From contig CAVPYB010000001.1 of NCBI GenBank assembly GCA_963709875.1, forward strand, positions 209,806-273,805: 64,000 bases of DNA, in the 5' to 3' direction. The position numbers were made by a program, and so were the translations under genes. The notes beneath the pieces are model-generated. The model worked only from the letters and a program-made list of their open reading frames with translations. It was not told the origin of the DNA and ran no database searches. The stretch comes from an uncultured Chloroflexia bacterium (GTDB lineage Bacteria > Chloroflexota > Anaerolineae > Anaerolineales > UBA4823). Of the stretch, positions 22,201 to 35,209 are shown piece after piece (position 1 is the first letter of the stretch; every line of letters starts with the position of its first letter).

Positions 22201-22375
22201 TGCGTCCCTTCTGTTGCCAAGTGATGCATACCAACCTTCAATTCTAACCCAGTTGTATAAGAAGGATATTAACGATGCAGTCAGGGCTTTGGGGAGAGGG
22301 GCGGGGTTGTTTGGCGTCAGCCACCAAGGCAGGTTACATTTGTCACAAACCGGTTTTGGAGCAACAGGCGTACTA

Positions 22376-22391
22376 TGTGACAACCATCACA
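22376..22391. promoter_or_regulatory. Perfect CRP/FNR-type palindrome TGTGA-N6-TCACA in a divergent intergenic region
   Basis: TGTGACAACCATCACA lies between the adaptor gene (start 22200, minus) and the gltD-like gene (start 22530, plus). Confidence 0.35.
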
Positions 22392-22529
22392 AAAAATCGT
22401 GACATCTGGGACTGAATATAAACCTGGCTTGTCATTAACATGTTAAGCAGCGAAAGAATCGCAAACCAATATCCGAACAACAGGATTAAGAGAAAATATC
22501 GGCGGTTTGCCAAGGAAAGAGAGGAATAT

Positions 22530-23963
22530 ATGCAAGCGATCCCGAGCGAGTTTTTAGCCATCGACCGCAAAGCACGAGCCAAAGTCCCCCTGACGGAAGT
22601 CGATCTCAGAAATCCACTCGACAGGATTTGTGATTTCGAGGACGTCGTCATCCCTCTGAGTGAAGAGGAAGCCATGCTTGCAGCTGCGCGCTGCATCCAC
22701 TGCCCCGACCCTGCGCCTTGTGTGGAAGCCTGCCCGGTGCATAACGACATCCCCTCGGCGATGTGGCTGATCGAACAAGGGCAGTTCTTGGAAGCAGCCA
22801 ATCTGTACCGCCAGACCAGCTCCATGCCGGAGGTGTGCGGGCGGGTCTGCCCGCACGAACAGCTCTGCCAGGGTTCCTGCGTGCGCAACCACAGCCATGA
22901 GCCGGTGCTGACGGGTGCCTTAGAGGCCTTCGTCACCGATTACGCCCGCTGCCAGGAAGGCGTCAGCATTCCGGTCGGCAAACCGACCGGCAAGCGGGTG
23001 GCGATCGTCGGCGCTGGACCCTCCGGGATTGCCTGCGCCGAGCAGCTGCTGCAGAGCGGGCACCAGGTGACCATTTACGATGCCAAGCCTGCCCCCGGTG
23101 GGCTGCTGGTTTACGGCATCCCCAATTTCAAGCTCCCCAAAGAAGTTGTTTTCGCCCGTTGGAACGACCTGGCGCAGGCAGGTGTGGAATTCGTCCCCAA
23201 CACCTATGTCGGCAAGGACGTCACCATCGAAGCTTTATTCGACCAGGGATTTGAGGCAGTTTACCTTGGAGTAGGCACATTGATTGATGCGCCGATGGAA
23301 GTGCCAGGGGAAGACCTGCCGGGCGTGTACAAAGCCACCGAATTTTTGATCCGGGCAAACGCTGACGCCAGCATCCTGCCGGATGATATGCGCCTGCGCC
23401 CCGAAATCGGCAGCAAGGTGGCGGTCATCGGCGGCGGTGACACCGCCTCGGACTGCCTGCGGACAGCGCTGCGCATGGGTTCTGAAGAGGTGGTCTGCCT
23501 GTATCGCCGGACGGAAAAAGAGATGCCAGGCGGCAAAAAAGACCGGGCCCTAGCGCGTGAGGAAGGCGCTAAGTACCAGTTCCTCACCCAGCCGGTAAAG
23601 TTTATCGCCGGTGAGGATGGGCGTCTGGCGCAGATTGAATGTATCCAGATGGAGCTGGGTGAGCCAGACACCAAAGGGCGCCGCCGACCGGTGCCGATAG
23701 AGGACACGAATTTTATCGTCGAGGCCGATACGGCCATCTTGGCACTGGGATATTGGCCCGATCCGATTATTGGTGATACCACACCCGGGCTCGAGACCCA
23801 TAAATGGGGTTTGATCGTGACCGATCGTAAGACTGGAGCAACCTCACGACCGGGTGTTTATGCAGGCGGCGACGCAGTCACCGGACCCGATCTGGTGGTT
23901 ACAGCCGTAGCGTCCGGGCGCAGAGCTGCCGCCTCGATTGATGCTTATTTGCAGGGAGATTAG
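22530..23963 (+). CDS. GltD-family NAD(P)H-dependent Fe-S flavoprotein (glutamate synthase small-subunit-like)
   Basis: Two Cys clusters (CIHCPDPAPCVEACP; CGRVCPHEQLCQGSC) and dinucleotide folds VAIVGAGPSGIACA and VAVIGGGDTASD. RBS GGAAAGAGAGG precedes the ATG at 22530. Confidence 0.8.
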   Translation: MQAIPSEFLAIDRKARAKVPLTEVDLRNPLDRICDFEDVVIPLSEEEAMLAAARCIHCPDPAPCVEACPVHNDIPSAMWLIEQGQFLEAANLYRQTSSMPEVCGRVCPHEQLCQGSCVRNHSHEPVLTGALEAFVTDYARCQEGVSIPVGKPTGKRVAIVGAGPSGIACAEQLLQSGHQVTIYDAKPAPGGLLVYGIPNFKLPKEVVFARWNDLAQAGVEFVPNTYVGKDVTIEALFDQGFEAVYLGVGTLIDAPMEVPGEDLPGVYKATEFLIRANADASILPDDMRLRPEIGSKVAVIGGGDTASDCLRTALRMGSEEVVCLYRRTEKEMPGGKKDRALAREEGAKYQFLTQPVKFIAGEDGRLAQIECIQMELGEPDTKGRRRPVPIEDTNFIVEADTAILALGYWPDPIIGDTTPGLETHKWGLIVTDRKTGATSRPGVYAGGDAVTGPDLVVTAVASGRRAAASIDAYLQGD

Positions 23964-24052
23964 CAGACCAGCTATCTGGTCGCTGACCCTTGTAGCTCCT
24001 TCCTCCTTTCGCTGCCGTGAGCGATCCTGTTTCCAGGGTCGCTCACTGGCTT

Positions 24053-24484
24053 TCAACTGGTCTGCAGGCTGACAACCTGGATGGAATCGAGCACCACCGG
24101 GGTTTCGACCCGCAGGCTGTTCTGGATCTCGGCCTGATGGTCGGTCACCCGCATCAAGGTGCGGATTTCGTCCTCGCTGGCTGCGGCTACCACCCGGGCG
24201 CGGTAGACCACGTTGCGGGCTGGCACGCCTTCGTCGCCGAACTCCCCTTCGACATCGACCTCTACACTCTCGATTGTGATGCCGCGTTTTGCAGCCTCAC
24301 GGTAGATATCATTGCAGTAGCAGGTGGCTAACGCCAGGAAAAGCAGCTCACCTCCGCTCACGCTGGAACCAAAACCATTTTCCCTGGATGGGATTTCGAC
24401 CCCCTGGACACGGTCGTCCGTTCTTAAGATCACATGATGGCTACCCTGGCTGTTCTGTAACCTCGCTCCAATTTTGATCATCAC
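24053..24484 (-). CDS. OsmC/Ohr-family peroxiredoxin-like protein
   Basis: GGELLFLALATCYCNDIYREA shows the OsmC-type paired Cys context. 143 aa. Confidence 0.75.
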   Translation of the reverse strand: MMIKIGARLQNSQGSHHVILRTDDRVQGVEIPSRENGFGSSVSGGELLFLALATCYCNDIYREAAKRGITIESVEVDVEGEFGDEGVPARNVVYRARVVAAASEDEIRTLMRVTDHQAEIQNSLRVETPVVLDSIQVVSLQTS

Positions 24485-24771
24485 TCACCTCGAAGATAGT
24501 CAAACCCCGGGATAGCTTCATCTTCTCCCGTATCCGCTTAAAGAAATTATATATTGAAAATGCCCTGCGGAAGTTATCAATAGCTTAAGTCGTCGAAGCA
24601 GATAAGTTTGAGAAAGTGATGAGAACATCTAGCCCCTACCACGGGAAATCCCAATGAACCTCTAAACCGGGAAGTCAGAAATGACGGATAAGCGTTATAA
24701 TTAACAGGTTGTGTGCCAACCGGCATACGACTTTGTACGGTGAGATTCTAGTAGAAGGAAACCCGAACTCG

Positions 24772-27255
24772 ATGGAAATGGGAACTATTCAACAGGTTGA
24801 TATCGACGATCAAATGCGCTCCGCATACCTGGATTATGCGATGAGCGTGATCGTCGCCCGGGCGCTTCCGGATGTACGCGACGGCCTTAAGCCGGTTCAC
24901 CGCCGCATCCTGTATGCAATGTACGATATGGGGTTGCGCGCCAATACACCGTTCCGGAAATCTGCGCGTATCGTGGGAGAAGTTTTGGGCAAGTATCATC
25001 CGCATGGTGATGCTGCGGTCTACGATACGATGGCGCGCCTGGCGCAGGATTTCTCCATGCGCTACCTCCTTGTGAATGGACAGGGAAATTTCGGCTCGAT
25101 CGACGGTGATGCTCCTGCGGCGATGCGCTATACCGAGGCCCGGCTGTCACGTCCGGCCGAGGAGCTTCTGTCGGATATCGACAAGGAAACAGTTGAATTT
25201 ACGCCCAACTTCGACGACTCGCTCGAAGAACCTACCGTGCTGCCTGCCCGGCTTCCCAACCTGCTGTTGAACGGTGCTTCCGGGATTGCGGTCGGTATGG
25301 CGACCAATATCCCGCCTCACAACCTGGGCGAGCTGATTGCCGCGCTCACGTTCTTGATCGACAACTATGACCGCGCCAATGAAGTGACGGTTGAGGAGCT
25401 GATCAAATTCGTACCCGGCCCGGACTTTCCCACCGGAGGTGTGATCGTCGGCTCGGAAGGCATCCGCATGGCGTACAGCACCGGGCGCGGCCGGATCGTG
25501 CTGCGCGGGCTGGCGCATATCGAAGAGATGACCGGCAGCCGCTTCCGGATCGTGGTCACCGAGATCCCTTACCAGCTCAATAAATCGTCTCTCATCGAAC
25601 GGATTGCAGAGCTGGCGCGCGAGGGCCGGCTGGATGATATCTCTGATCTGCGCGATGAGTCCGACCGCCGGGGGATGAGCATCATCATCGAGCTCAAACG
25701 AGGGGCGCAGCCTAAGAAGGTCCTCAACCAGCTGTTTAAATACACTCCCTTGCAGTCCACTTTTGGCGTCCAGATGCTTGCGCTGGTAGAGGGCGTGCCG
25801 CGCTTGTTGTCCTTGAAGCGGGCACTGCAGTATTATATCGAACACCGGCGGGAAGTGATCACCCGCCGATCAGAGTACGAACTGCGGAAAGCACGGTCGC
25901 GCGCCCACATCCTGGAAGGGCTGATGATTGCCCTGGCCAATCTGGATGAAGTCATCCGCACCATCCGGCAGTCAGCGGATGCGGAGACAGCTAAACAGCA
26001 GCTGATGGCGCGCTTCAAGCTGAGCGACCTGCAGGCGCAGGCGATCCTGGATATGCAGCTGCGCCGCCTGGCGGCCCTGGAGCGGCAGAAGATCGAAGAC
26101 GAGCAGAGCCAGATCTTGGAGAAAATTGCCGGTCTCGAGGAGTTGCTTGCCAGCCCGAAGAAGATCCTGGATGTGATCCGCTCGGACCTGGAGGAGATGG
26201 TCTCCAGCTATGGTGACGAGCGACGCACCTTCATCGCTTACGACGCCAGCGAGGAGTTCGCCGAAGAGGACCTGGTGGCAGATGAAGCCGTCCTGGTCAG
26301 CATCACACAGCGCGGCTATATCAAACGGGTGATGGCTAAGGCCTACCGGTCGCAGGCGCGCGGCGGGCGTGGCGTACAGGGTCACGCTACCAAGAATGAG
26401 GATGAGGTAGTGATGCTGGTCCCAGCTCGCACGCTGGATACATTGCTGTTCTTTTCCGACCGGGGTAAGGTGTATTCTGAGCGCACCTACCAGATCCCAG
26501 ACGCCGACCGCACCGGGCGCGGGATTCCCGTCGTAAACGTGCTGGCGCTCAACGCGGGCGAGTTGATCACGGCGGTCGTGCCGGTGCCGGATTTCGATGC
26601 TGCAGAATACTGCATGATGGTGACGCGCAAAGGGCGCGCCAAGCGGGTGGAATTATCCGAGTTCTCCTCCGTACGCCCGTCAGGGTTGATTGCTATCTCC
26701 TTAGCCGATCAGGATGAGCTGGGATGGGTGCGGCTGACCCAGGGGGACAGCGAGGTGATCCTGGTCACAGAACAGGGTCAGGCGGTCCGCTTCGCTGAGG
26801 GCGAGGTGCGTTCGATGGGTCGGGTGGCTGCCGGCGTGATCGGCATTCGCTTGAAGAAGGGTGACTTCGTCACCGGTATGGAAGTTGTCGAGCCGGACGC
26901 AGATTTGCTGATCGTGACCACGCGCGGATTTGGGAAACGAACTCCCCTTGGCGAATATCCACTCCGCTCGCGTGCAACGAGCGGAGTGCAGACGATCGAC
27001 AAAAAGGCGATATCTATCGTAGGCAGCATCGCTGCCGCGCGAGTGGTCCAGGATGCTGACGAATTGACCCTGATCTCCGCGGTAGGTGTGGTGCTGCGCA
27101 CAAAAGTGAAGACGATCTCACGCTCGAGCCGCGTCACGCGCGGGGTTGTATTGATGAACTTGCAAGAGGGAGATTCGGTGGCATCTGTGGCACGCACCTC
27201 GGCTGCGGACTTGCGGCGGGTGGGTGCGGCAGAGGATGAGCAACTTGAAAATTGA
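24772..27255 (+). CDS. gyrA: DNA gyrase subunit A
   Basis: [38 protein letters not shown], the active-site region AAMRYTE and C-terminal beta-pinwheel repeats. Start at the ATG at 24772. Confidence 0.95.
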   Translation: MEMGTIQQVDIDDQMRSAYLDYAMSVIVARALPDVRDGLKPVHRRILYAMYDMGLRANTPFRKSARIVGEVLGKYHPHGDAAVYDTMARLAQDFSMRYLLVNGQGNFGSIDGDAPAAMRYTEARLSRPAEELLSDIDKETVEFTPNFDDSLEEPTVLPARLPNLLLNGASGIAVGMATNIPPHNLGELIAALTFLIDNYDRANEVTVEELIKFVPGPDFPTGGVIVGSEGIRMAYSTGRGRIVLRGLAHIEEMTGSRFRIVVTEIPYQLNKSSLIERIAELAREGRLDDISDLRDESDRRGMSIIIELKRGAQPKKVLNQLFKYTPLQSTFGVQMLALVEGVPRLLSLKRALQYYIEHRREVITRRSEYELRKARSRAHILEGLMIALANLDEVIRTIRQSADAETAKQQLMARFKLSDLQAQAILDMQLRRLAALERQKIEDEQSQILEKIAGLEELLASPKKILDVIRSDLEEMVSSYGDERRTFIAYDASEEFAEEDLVADEAVLVSITQRGYIKRVMAKAYRSQARGGRGVQGHATKNEDEVVMLVPARTLDTLLFFSDRGKVYSERTYQIPDADRTGRGIPVVNVLALNAGELITAVVPVPDFDAAEYCMMVTRKGRAKRVELSEFSSVRPSGLIAISLADQDELGWVRLTQGDSEVILVTEQGQAVRFAEGEVRSMGRVAAGVIGIRLKKGDFVTGMEVVEPDADLLIVTTRGFGKRTPLGEYPLRSRATSGVQTIDKKAISIVGSIAAARVVQDADELTLISAVGVVLRTKVKTISRSSRVTRGVVLMNLQEGDSVASVARTSAADLRRVGAAEDEQLEN

Positions 27256-27287
27256 GTGGTACGCAGAGAGCGTATATTAAATGCCAG

Positions 27288-27325
27288 CCGCCAGGTGATA
27301 GCGAAACACCTGGCGGTTTGTGTTT
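27288..27325 (+). terminator. Intrinsic terminator after gyrA
   Basis: CCGCCAGGTG-atagcgaaa-CACCTGGCGG (10-bp perfect stem) followed by TTTGTGTTT. Confidence 0.75.
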
Positions 27326-27536
27326 AGATGAAAGGCAGGACGATCTTTTCTGTGACGATCAGGCAGAAGGCGCTTAATACACAGGCAATCACCAGCAGCA
27401 TCAGGGCGATAACAAAGCGCTGGACAGGGGCCATGCCCAGGAATGAGCGCTCTTTGTGTTTGGTCACTGGTGTGCCGCTGTCTTCGAACTCGAAAATCAT
27501 TGAGCTGTCGGAGTCATCCCGAAAATCATCCAGCAT
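27324..27536 (-). CDS. Small hypothetical single-pass membrane protein
   Basis: 70-aa ORF with an acidic N-terminus and one hydrophobic helix (FVIALMLLVIACVLSAFCLIV). No family recognised. Confidence 0.3.
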   Translation of the reverse strand: MLDDFRDDSDSSMIFEFEDSGTPVTKHKERSFLGMAPVQRFVIALMLLVIACVLSAFCLIVTEKIVLPFI

Positions 27537-27622
27537 GTCTGTTCTCCCGGGTTCTGTTCTAAAGGGTGCCGTCTATCCGCTGGCAATCGTTACTGGGGTG
27601 TAAACATCCCAGCGGCTCTTAT

Positions 27623-28489
27623 CTAAGTCTGGACCGCATCCGCATGTCTTAATCGGATCTCTCCGAACTGGATAGGAACGATCTCTCCTGACCGCAGGCG
27701 CAGGCGAAGCGAGCCATCCGGGTTGATGCCGGTCACCTGCCCTTCCTGGATAGGCATGGTATCCTCGCCAGCCGCAGATTCGGTAAGCACAACCACCCAC
27801 TCGCCGCGGAATGCAAGCCGTCCCAGCCAGGCGTGCATGAACTCTTGCGTTGCAATCTGCCCTTTCCAGTGCAAGAAATTTGCCAGCAGACTGTTGAGCA
27901 AAGCCCATCGATCGACCGGGCTTCCGATGACCTCATCCAGGCAGGCAGCGGGGAAGCTGAGCGCATCCGGCAGCGGCACCGATTGAGGAGAAATATTGAT
28001 ACCGATGCCCAGGACAGCGGCGTCCAACTCGCTCCCGGACCACTGTAGCTCCACCAGCACGCCGGCCACTTTGCGGCGGGTGGCGATTACATCGTTGGGC
28101 CACTTGATCTGCGCGGGAAGCATGGGCGGCAGCGCCTTGTTCAGGGTCTCACATACTGCCAGTGCTCCCAGAGCGGTAAGCCGGGAGAGGGCTATGTGGC
28201 TGCTGCCATCCTCTGTTTCAGGTGGTGGACCAGAAACAATCTGTGACGGCAGATATTCCGGTCGCAGCACCAGGCTGAAAGCCAACCCGGCATCCGGCGG
28301 GGTAAACCACTGCCGGTCCAGCCGACCCCGTCCTGCGGTCTGTTCATCGGCTACCACCAGAGAGAGGTCAGGTGCACCGGCAGCAGCCCAGCGTAGCGCT
28401 AGGTCGTTTGTCGAGCTGACTTTGTTGTAGTAGCGCACCGGCCCTAGAGGCAGTTCGGCAAGCAGGTTTTCGAGGCTATGTTGGTCCAT
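27623..28489 (-). CDS. birA: Biotin--[acetyl-CoA-carboxylase] ligase (no N-terminal HTH)
   Basis: GRGRLDRQW motif (GRGRxGRxW), STNDLA, KWPNDV. Start at the ATG at 28489. Confidence 0.85.
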   Translation of the reverse strand: MDQHSLENLLAELPLGPVRYYNKVSSTNDLALRWAAAGAPDLSLVVADEQTAGRGRLDRQWFTPPDAGLAFSLVLRPEYLPSQIVSGPPPETEDGSSHIALSRLTALGALAVCETLNKALPPMLPAQIKWPNDVIATRRKVAGVLVELQWSGSELDAAVLGIGINISPQSVPLPDALSFPAACLDEVIGSPVDRWALLNSLLANFLHWKGQIATQEFMHAWLGRLAFRGEWVVVLTESAAGEDTMPIQEGQVTGINPDGSLRLRLRSGEIVPIQFGEIRLRHADAVQT

Positions 28490-28700
28490 GTGATGGATTT
28501 TACCCCAGAAATCTACTCCTGGACGAATCCTGCCCGGCATGATATACTACCCCCGCTCCCGCCCAAGGCGGGAGAGTTTGTGCCCCCACTGTGGGGGTTA
28601 CCCTATCTCACACGCTTCCCGACCTGAATGGGCGTGCCTGTGGCCGAGGTGCCGGACGGGAGAGAAGGAAGCGGAGGCCTAACGCAAAGGAGAGTGTACA

Positions 28701-29829
<1,129 letters not shown>

Positions 29830-29831
29830 TT

Positions 29832-30448
29832 ATGGCAGCGACAATTGAACAAATTAAAGAGCTCCGCGAAGCGACCGGCGCAGGGATTATGGATTGCCGC
29901 AAAGCCCTGGAGCAGGCAGATGGCGATTTCGATAAGGCGATGGAATATCTGCGCGAAAAAGGGATGGCGACGGCTGCCAAGCGCTCCGACCGGGAAGCCT
30001 CGAGGGCATGCTCGAGCTGTACTCGCACGGCAACGGGCGTGTGGGTGTGATGGTGGAAGTCAACTGCGAGACTGATTTCGTCGCTCGCTCGGAAGCTTTC
30101 CGCACCTTTGCACATGAGATGGCCCTGCAGATCGCCGCCTCGGAGCCCGCCTACGTCAGTCGAAAGCGATATCCCTGAGGACGTTCTGGAGAATGAGCGG
30201 AATCGCGGCTCTGGCGCTCGCCAAGAAGAAGGCAAACCCGATGAAATTGCACGAGCGCATCGTCGAAGGTAAACTGAAAAAGTTCAAGGATGATAGTTGT
30301 CTGCTGCGGCAGATGTACATCCGGGATGATGACGATCACAATCGAGCAGCTGCTGCTGCAGAACATCGCCTCAATTGGCGAGAATATCGTCATCCGGCGC
30401 TTCGTCCGCTGGGAACTGGGCGAGAGTTCGGCTTCACCGGAAGAGTAA
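29832..30448 (+). pseudogene. tsf: Elongation factor Ts, with >=4 frame breaks as assembled
   Basis: The sequence [26 protein letters not shown].. | [33 protein letters not shown].. | DIPEDVLENERN..EGKPDEIA | ERIVEGKLKKFKDDSCLLRQMYIRDDD | MTITIEQLLLQNIASIGENIVIRRFVRWELGE is followed across frames. Confidence 0.85.
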
Positions 30449-30456
30449 AATGGGAG

Positions 30457-30482
30457 GGCCAACCAGACGGTTGGCCTTTTTA
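30457..30482 (+). terminator. Intrinsic terminator after tsf
   Basis: GGCCAACC-agac-GGTTGGCC followed by TTTTTATT. Confidence 0.8.
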
Positions 30483-30522
30483 TTGCACTCCATCCTAAAT
30501 GATGTAAAAAAGGAGCCATTGA

Positions 30523-31247
<725 letters not shown>

Positions 31248-31317
31248 AAAACCCCCTTTTCTAGTCCTGCATTTTCGAGTATCCTATATAGGAAGGAATA
31301 ATCCACGGAGGCCAGCG

Positions 31318-31876
31318 ATGCTGAAAGATGTATACAAAGAAGCGGAAGCCCGGATGAAAGGCGCTATCCAGGCGCTGGAAGAGGATCTAGCCGGCATCCG
31401 CACCGGCCGCGCCAGCCCGGCGCTGGTCGAGCGCATGCAGGTGGAGTATTATGGCGTGCCACCCCGCTGATCCAGCTGGCCAGCATCAGCGTCCCGGAAC
31501 CGCGCTCTCTGCTGATCCGGCCTTTTGATGCCTCCTCGCTGAAAGCGATCGAGCGGGCGATCCTGGCATCGGACCTGGGTCTGACTCCCAATAACGATGG
31601 CAAGTCCATCCGCCTGAACCTGCCCCCGCTGACCGAGGAACGCCGCCGGGATCTGGTCAAAGTTGGTGCACAACCGGGTGGAAGAAGCACGCGTGGCGGT
31701 CCGCAATGTGCGCCGCGATAGCATCCGGGATTTGCGCGAATTCGAGCAGGAAAAGATGATCTCCGAAGATGATCTGAAACGCGGCGAAGAAGAGCTGCAG
31801 AAGATTACCGACCAGATACATCGAAGAGATCAACGCGATTGGCGAGCGCAAGGAAAAGGAAATCCTGGAAGTCTGA
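31318..31876 (+). pseudogene. frr: Ribosome recycling factor, with >=3 frame breaks as assembled
   Basis: The sequence [46 protein letters not shown] | [34 protein letters not shown] | [27 protein letters not shown] | YIEEINAIGERKEKEILEV is followed across frames. Confidence 0.85.
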
Positions 31877-31892
31877 GAATTCTGCACGTGGT

Positions 31893-32669
31893 ATGATTAT
31901 GGATTCTGAACGCACAGCAGGATTTGCCCGGATAAGGTCCCAACCCATGTTGCCATCATTATGGATGGCAACGGTCGCTGGGCGCTGTCGCGGGGGCTGC
32001 CGCGCCTGGCCGGTCACCGCGCCGGCACGGAGAACCTGCGCCGTGTGATCGAGGCCTGCATTGAGTTTGGCATCTCCTACCTGACGATTTACGCCTTTTC
32101 GACCGAGAACTGGGGGCGACCGCAGGAAGAAGTGCAGGGCTTGATGCGCATCTTGGAGGATGTGATCGACCGGGAGCTGCAAGAACTGCACGACCAGGGT
32201 GTGCAGCTGCGCCATATCGGCCGCCTGGACCGCCTGAACCCAGTCCTGCGCAGCAAAGTGCATCCATGCGGTTGAGATACACCAAGGATAATACTCGTCT
32301 GGTGCTCAATGTGGCTTTCAATTATGGCGGGCGGGACGAGATCGTGTGCGCCATCCAGCATATGATCGAAGATGGCGTCCAGCCTGAGGAGGTGACCGAC
32401 GAGATGGTGAACCAGCTACCTGTTCACCGCCGGAGTGCCCGACCCGGACCTGATCATCCGCACCTCCGGCGAGCTGCGCGGCAGCAATTTCCTGATCTGG
32501 CAGGGTGCGTACTCGGAGTGGTATTTCACCCCAACTTATTGGCCTGATTTCGACCAGCGAGGAGCTGCTCAAGGCGGTCCAGGAATTCACCCACCGCGAG
32601 CGGCGTTACGGAGGCGTGCCGGTCGAACGAGGCTACCAGCGGGCATGCTGGGTAAGCGCGTCCTGGTAG
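31893..32669 (+). pseudogene. uppS: Undecaprenyl-diphosphate synthase, with >=4 frame breaks as assembled
   Basis: ..[29 protein letters not shown].. | ..NVAFNYGGRDEIV.. | [29 protein letters not shown].. | ..[11 protein letters not shown]. The first break is at the T-run at 31923-25. The end coordinate is approximate. Confidence 0.8.
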
Positions 32670-33465
32670 CAGCTGATCCTGCTTCCGATTGGGCTGGTGC
32701 TGATCTGGCTTGGGGGTCTGGCATACGCAGTGATGGTGCTTTGATCCTGGGGCTGGCAGCCTGGGAATATGTAGGCCTTTTCCGCGCCGGCGGGCTGCAG
32801 CCCGCCGGTATTTTGGTCGTGTTGGGCACGCTGGGGTTAGCGGCAGGCAGGGCTTACTCGGGATTCGACAGCGCGCCCTGGATGATCAGCCTGGTGGTGC
32901 TGCTCAGCATGACCTACCATCTGGTGGCCTACGAGCGCGGCCGCGATCAGGCTGGCACGGATTTCGGCATCACCCTCGCTGGAGTCCTCTATATCGGCTG
33001 GATCGGGAGCTACCTGATCTCGCTGCGCGAGCTGCCGGAGGGAGTGTGGTGGGTGCTGTTAGCGCTGCCCGCCGTCTGGCTGGCCGATTCAGGCGCTTAT
33101 TTCATCGGACGCGCCTTCGGTCGCCGTAAGCTCAGCCCGCGCCTCAGCCCCAAGAAGACCTGGGAAGGCTATCTGGGCGGTGTGCTGGTGGGCGTTCTTG
33201 GCAGCGCGCTTGCTGGCGTATCTTTGGTCGTTCTGGACGGGTCCGGGTTCGCATATCACCCCGCTCAACGGAGCTTTGATGGGGCTGGTGCTGAGCATCA
33301 TCACCCCGCTGGGTGACCTGGGGGAGAGCATGATCAAGCGCCAGGTAGGGATGAAAGATTCCGGGAACTCTGCTCCCGGGGCACGGCGGCGTTTTCGACC
33401 GCATCAACTCCTGGCTGTGGGCCGGGGTGATCGGTTATTACCTGGCATTGTGGCTGTTTATTTGA
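32645..33465 (+). pseudogene. cdsA: Phosphatidate cytidylyltransferase, with >=4 frame breaks as assembled
   Basis: The sequence [10 protein letters not shown] | [13 protein letters not shown].. | ..[32 protein letters not shown].. | ..[24 protein letters not shown] | LLPGHGGVFDRINS is followed across frames. Confidence 0.8.
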
Positions 33466-33535
33466 GTCCGCTCTGATTGACATCGATACCGTCTCATGGT
33501 ATCATCCCGGCACAATTCGATAGCCCTGAACGGCG

Positions 33536-33658
<123 letters not shown>

Positions 33659-33681
33659 GGTTCCTGAAGCCTGTCTTTATG

Positions 33682-33712
33682 CCCTTTCTGCATGCCGGAG
33701 AGGGTATTTTTT
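33682..33712 (+). terminator. Riboswitch expression-platform terminator
   Basis: CCCTTTC-tgcatgccg-GAGAGGG followed by TATTTTTT. The 3' strand of P1 (GAGAGGG, 33654-60) can alternatively pair with CCCTTTC as an antiterminator. Confidence 0.75.
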
Positions 33713-33726
33713 ATCATGGAGGAAAT

Positions 33727-34956
33727 ATGAGTACTACGTTTATGAGTTCGCCCAGCCTGCTGTTCACGTCCGAATCGGTGACGGAAGGGCATCCGGATAA
33801 GATTTGCGACCAGATCAGCGATGCTGTGCTGGACGCTTGTCTGGAGCAAGACCCCGCTTCCCGGGTGGCCTGCGAAACAGCCACCAAGACCGGATTTGTG
33901 ATGTTGCTGGGAGAGATCACTACTCGTGCCAGCATCAACTATGATGAGCTGGTGCGCCAGGTAGTCAACGAGATCGGCTACGACAGCAGCGAGAAAGGTC
34001 TGGATGGCAGCAGCTGCGGTGTCCTGGTGGCGATCGCCCGCCAGTCCGGCGATATTGCCCTGGGAGTTGATAAGGCGCTGGAAGCCAAGACCGGCGAGAT
34101 GAGCGAGGCGGAGGTCGAGTCGATCGGCGCCGGTGACCAGGGGATGATGTTCGGTTATGCCTGCAATGAGACACCCAGCCTGATGCCCATGCCGATTTAC
34201 CTGGCGCATAAGCTGGCTTTGCGGCTGACCGAAGTGCGCAAGGATGGCACGCTGCCGTGGCTGCGCCCGGATGGTAAGACGCAGGTCACTGTGGAGTACA
34301 GCTACGGGCGTCCGATGCGGGTCGCTACGGTGCTGATCAGCACCCAGCACGCTCCGGAGATCAGCCAGGAAGAGATCCGCGCTGCGCTGATCGAGCACGT
34401 CATCGATCCGGTAGTACCGGCTGAGCTGCTGGACGGCAGCCCGAAGATCTATGTCAACCCGACCGGGCGCTTCGTGATCGGCGGACCGCAGGGAGATTCG
34501 GGGCTGACCGGGCGCAAGATTATCGTCGACACCTACGGAGGCATGGGCCGTCATGGCGGCGGCTGTTTCAGCGGCAAAGACCCGACGAAAGTGGACCGCT
34601 CGGCGGCTTACGCAGCCCGCTGGGCAGCCAAGAACGTGGTCGCTGCCGGGCTGGCGGAGCGCTGCGAGATCCAGGTTGCTTACGCCATCGGCGTCGCGCA
34701 CCCGCTGAGCGTCAATGTGGAGACTTTTGGTACAGGCAGCATCCCGGATGAGCAGATCGCTGCGCTGGTGCTGGAGCACTTCGACCTGCGCCCGGGGGCC
34801 ATCATCCGAGACCTGGACCTGCGCCGCCCGATCTACCGCCAGGTGGCAGCCTACGGGCACTTCGGCCGCGAGGACCTGGACCTGCCCTGGGAGCGCACCG
34901 ACAAAGCAGAACTGCTGCGAGAGGCAGCCCGGAGCAGCGCCACGGTGGGTGTCTAG
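33727..34956 (+). CDS. metK: S-adenosylmethionine synthetase
   Basis: [56 protein letters not shown] precedes the ATG at 33727. Confidence 0.95.
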   Translation: MSTTFMSSPSLLFTSESVTEGHPDKICDQISDAVLDACLEQDPASRVACETATKTGFVMLLGEITTRASINYDELVRQVVNEIGYDSSEKGLDGSSCGVLVAIARQSGDIALGVDKALEAKTGEMSEAEVESIGAGDQGMMFGYACNETPSLMPMPIYLAHKLALRLTEVRKDGTLPWLRPDGKTQVTVEYSYGRPMRVATVLISTQHAPEISQEEIRAALIEHVIDPVVPAELLDGSPKIYVNPTGRFVIGGPQGDSGLTGRKIIVDTYGGMGRHGGGCFSGKDPTKVDRSAAYAARWAAKNVVAAGLAERCEIQVAYAIGVAHPLSVNVETFGTGSIPDEQIAALVLEHFDLRPGAIIRDLDLRRPIYRQVAAYGHFGREDLDLPWERTDKAELLREAARSSATVGV

Positions 34957-34994
34957 CTTTACACCGGCACTCGTATTTACCCAAATGCAAAAAT

Positions 34995-35021
34995 CAGGCG
35001 GCTAAGACCGCCTGTTTTTTT
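34995..35021 (+). terminator. Intrinsic terminator after metK
   Basis: CAGGCGG-ctaaga-CCGCCTG followed by TTTTTTT. Confidence 0.85.
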
Positions 35022-35057
35022 GCATCAGTACAGGATAAAGAGCTTTATTACCAAGGA

Positions 35058-35159
35058 GATGTCATTCCGAGACACGCACTTTGTGGCGAGGAATCCCTGC
35101 ATCGACCACCCTCAGATTGGCTATACAGGGATTTCTCGTCGCTTCTCGAAATGACATCT
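35058..35159. repeat. Imperfect ~100-bp palindromic element (MITE/REP-like) between convergent metK and cbiO
   Basis: Left arm AGATGTCATTCCGAGA..GCGAGGAATCCCTG (35058-35099) pairs with right arm CAGGGATTTCTCGTCGC..TCTCGAAATGACATCT (35126-35159). Confidence 0.6.
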
Positions 35160-35209
35160 TAATAGAGAACGGTTGTTTATCCTGCTTACAAGGAGTAACA
35201 ACTTCTCCA

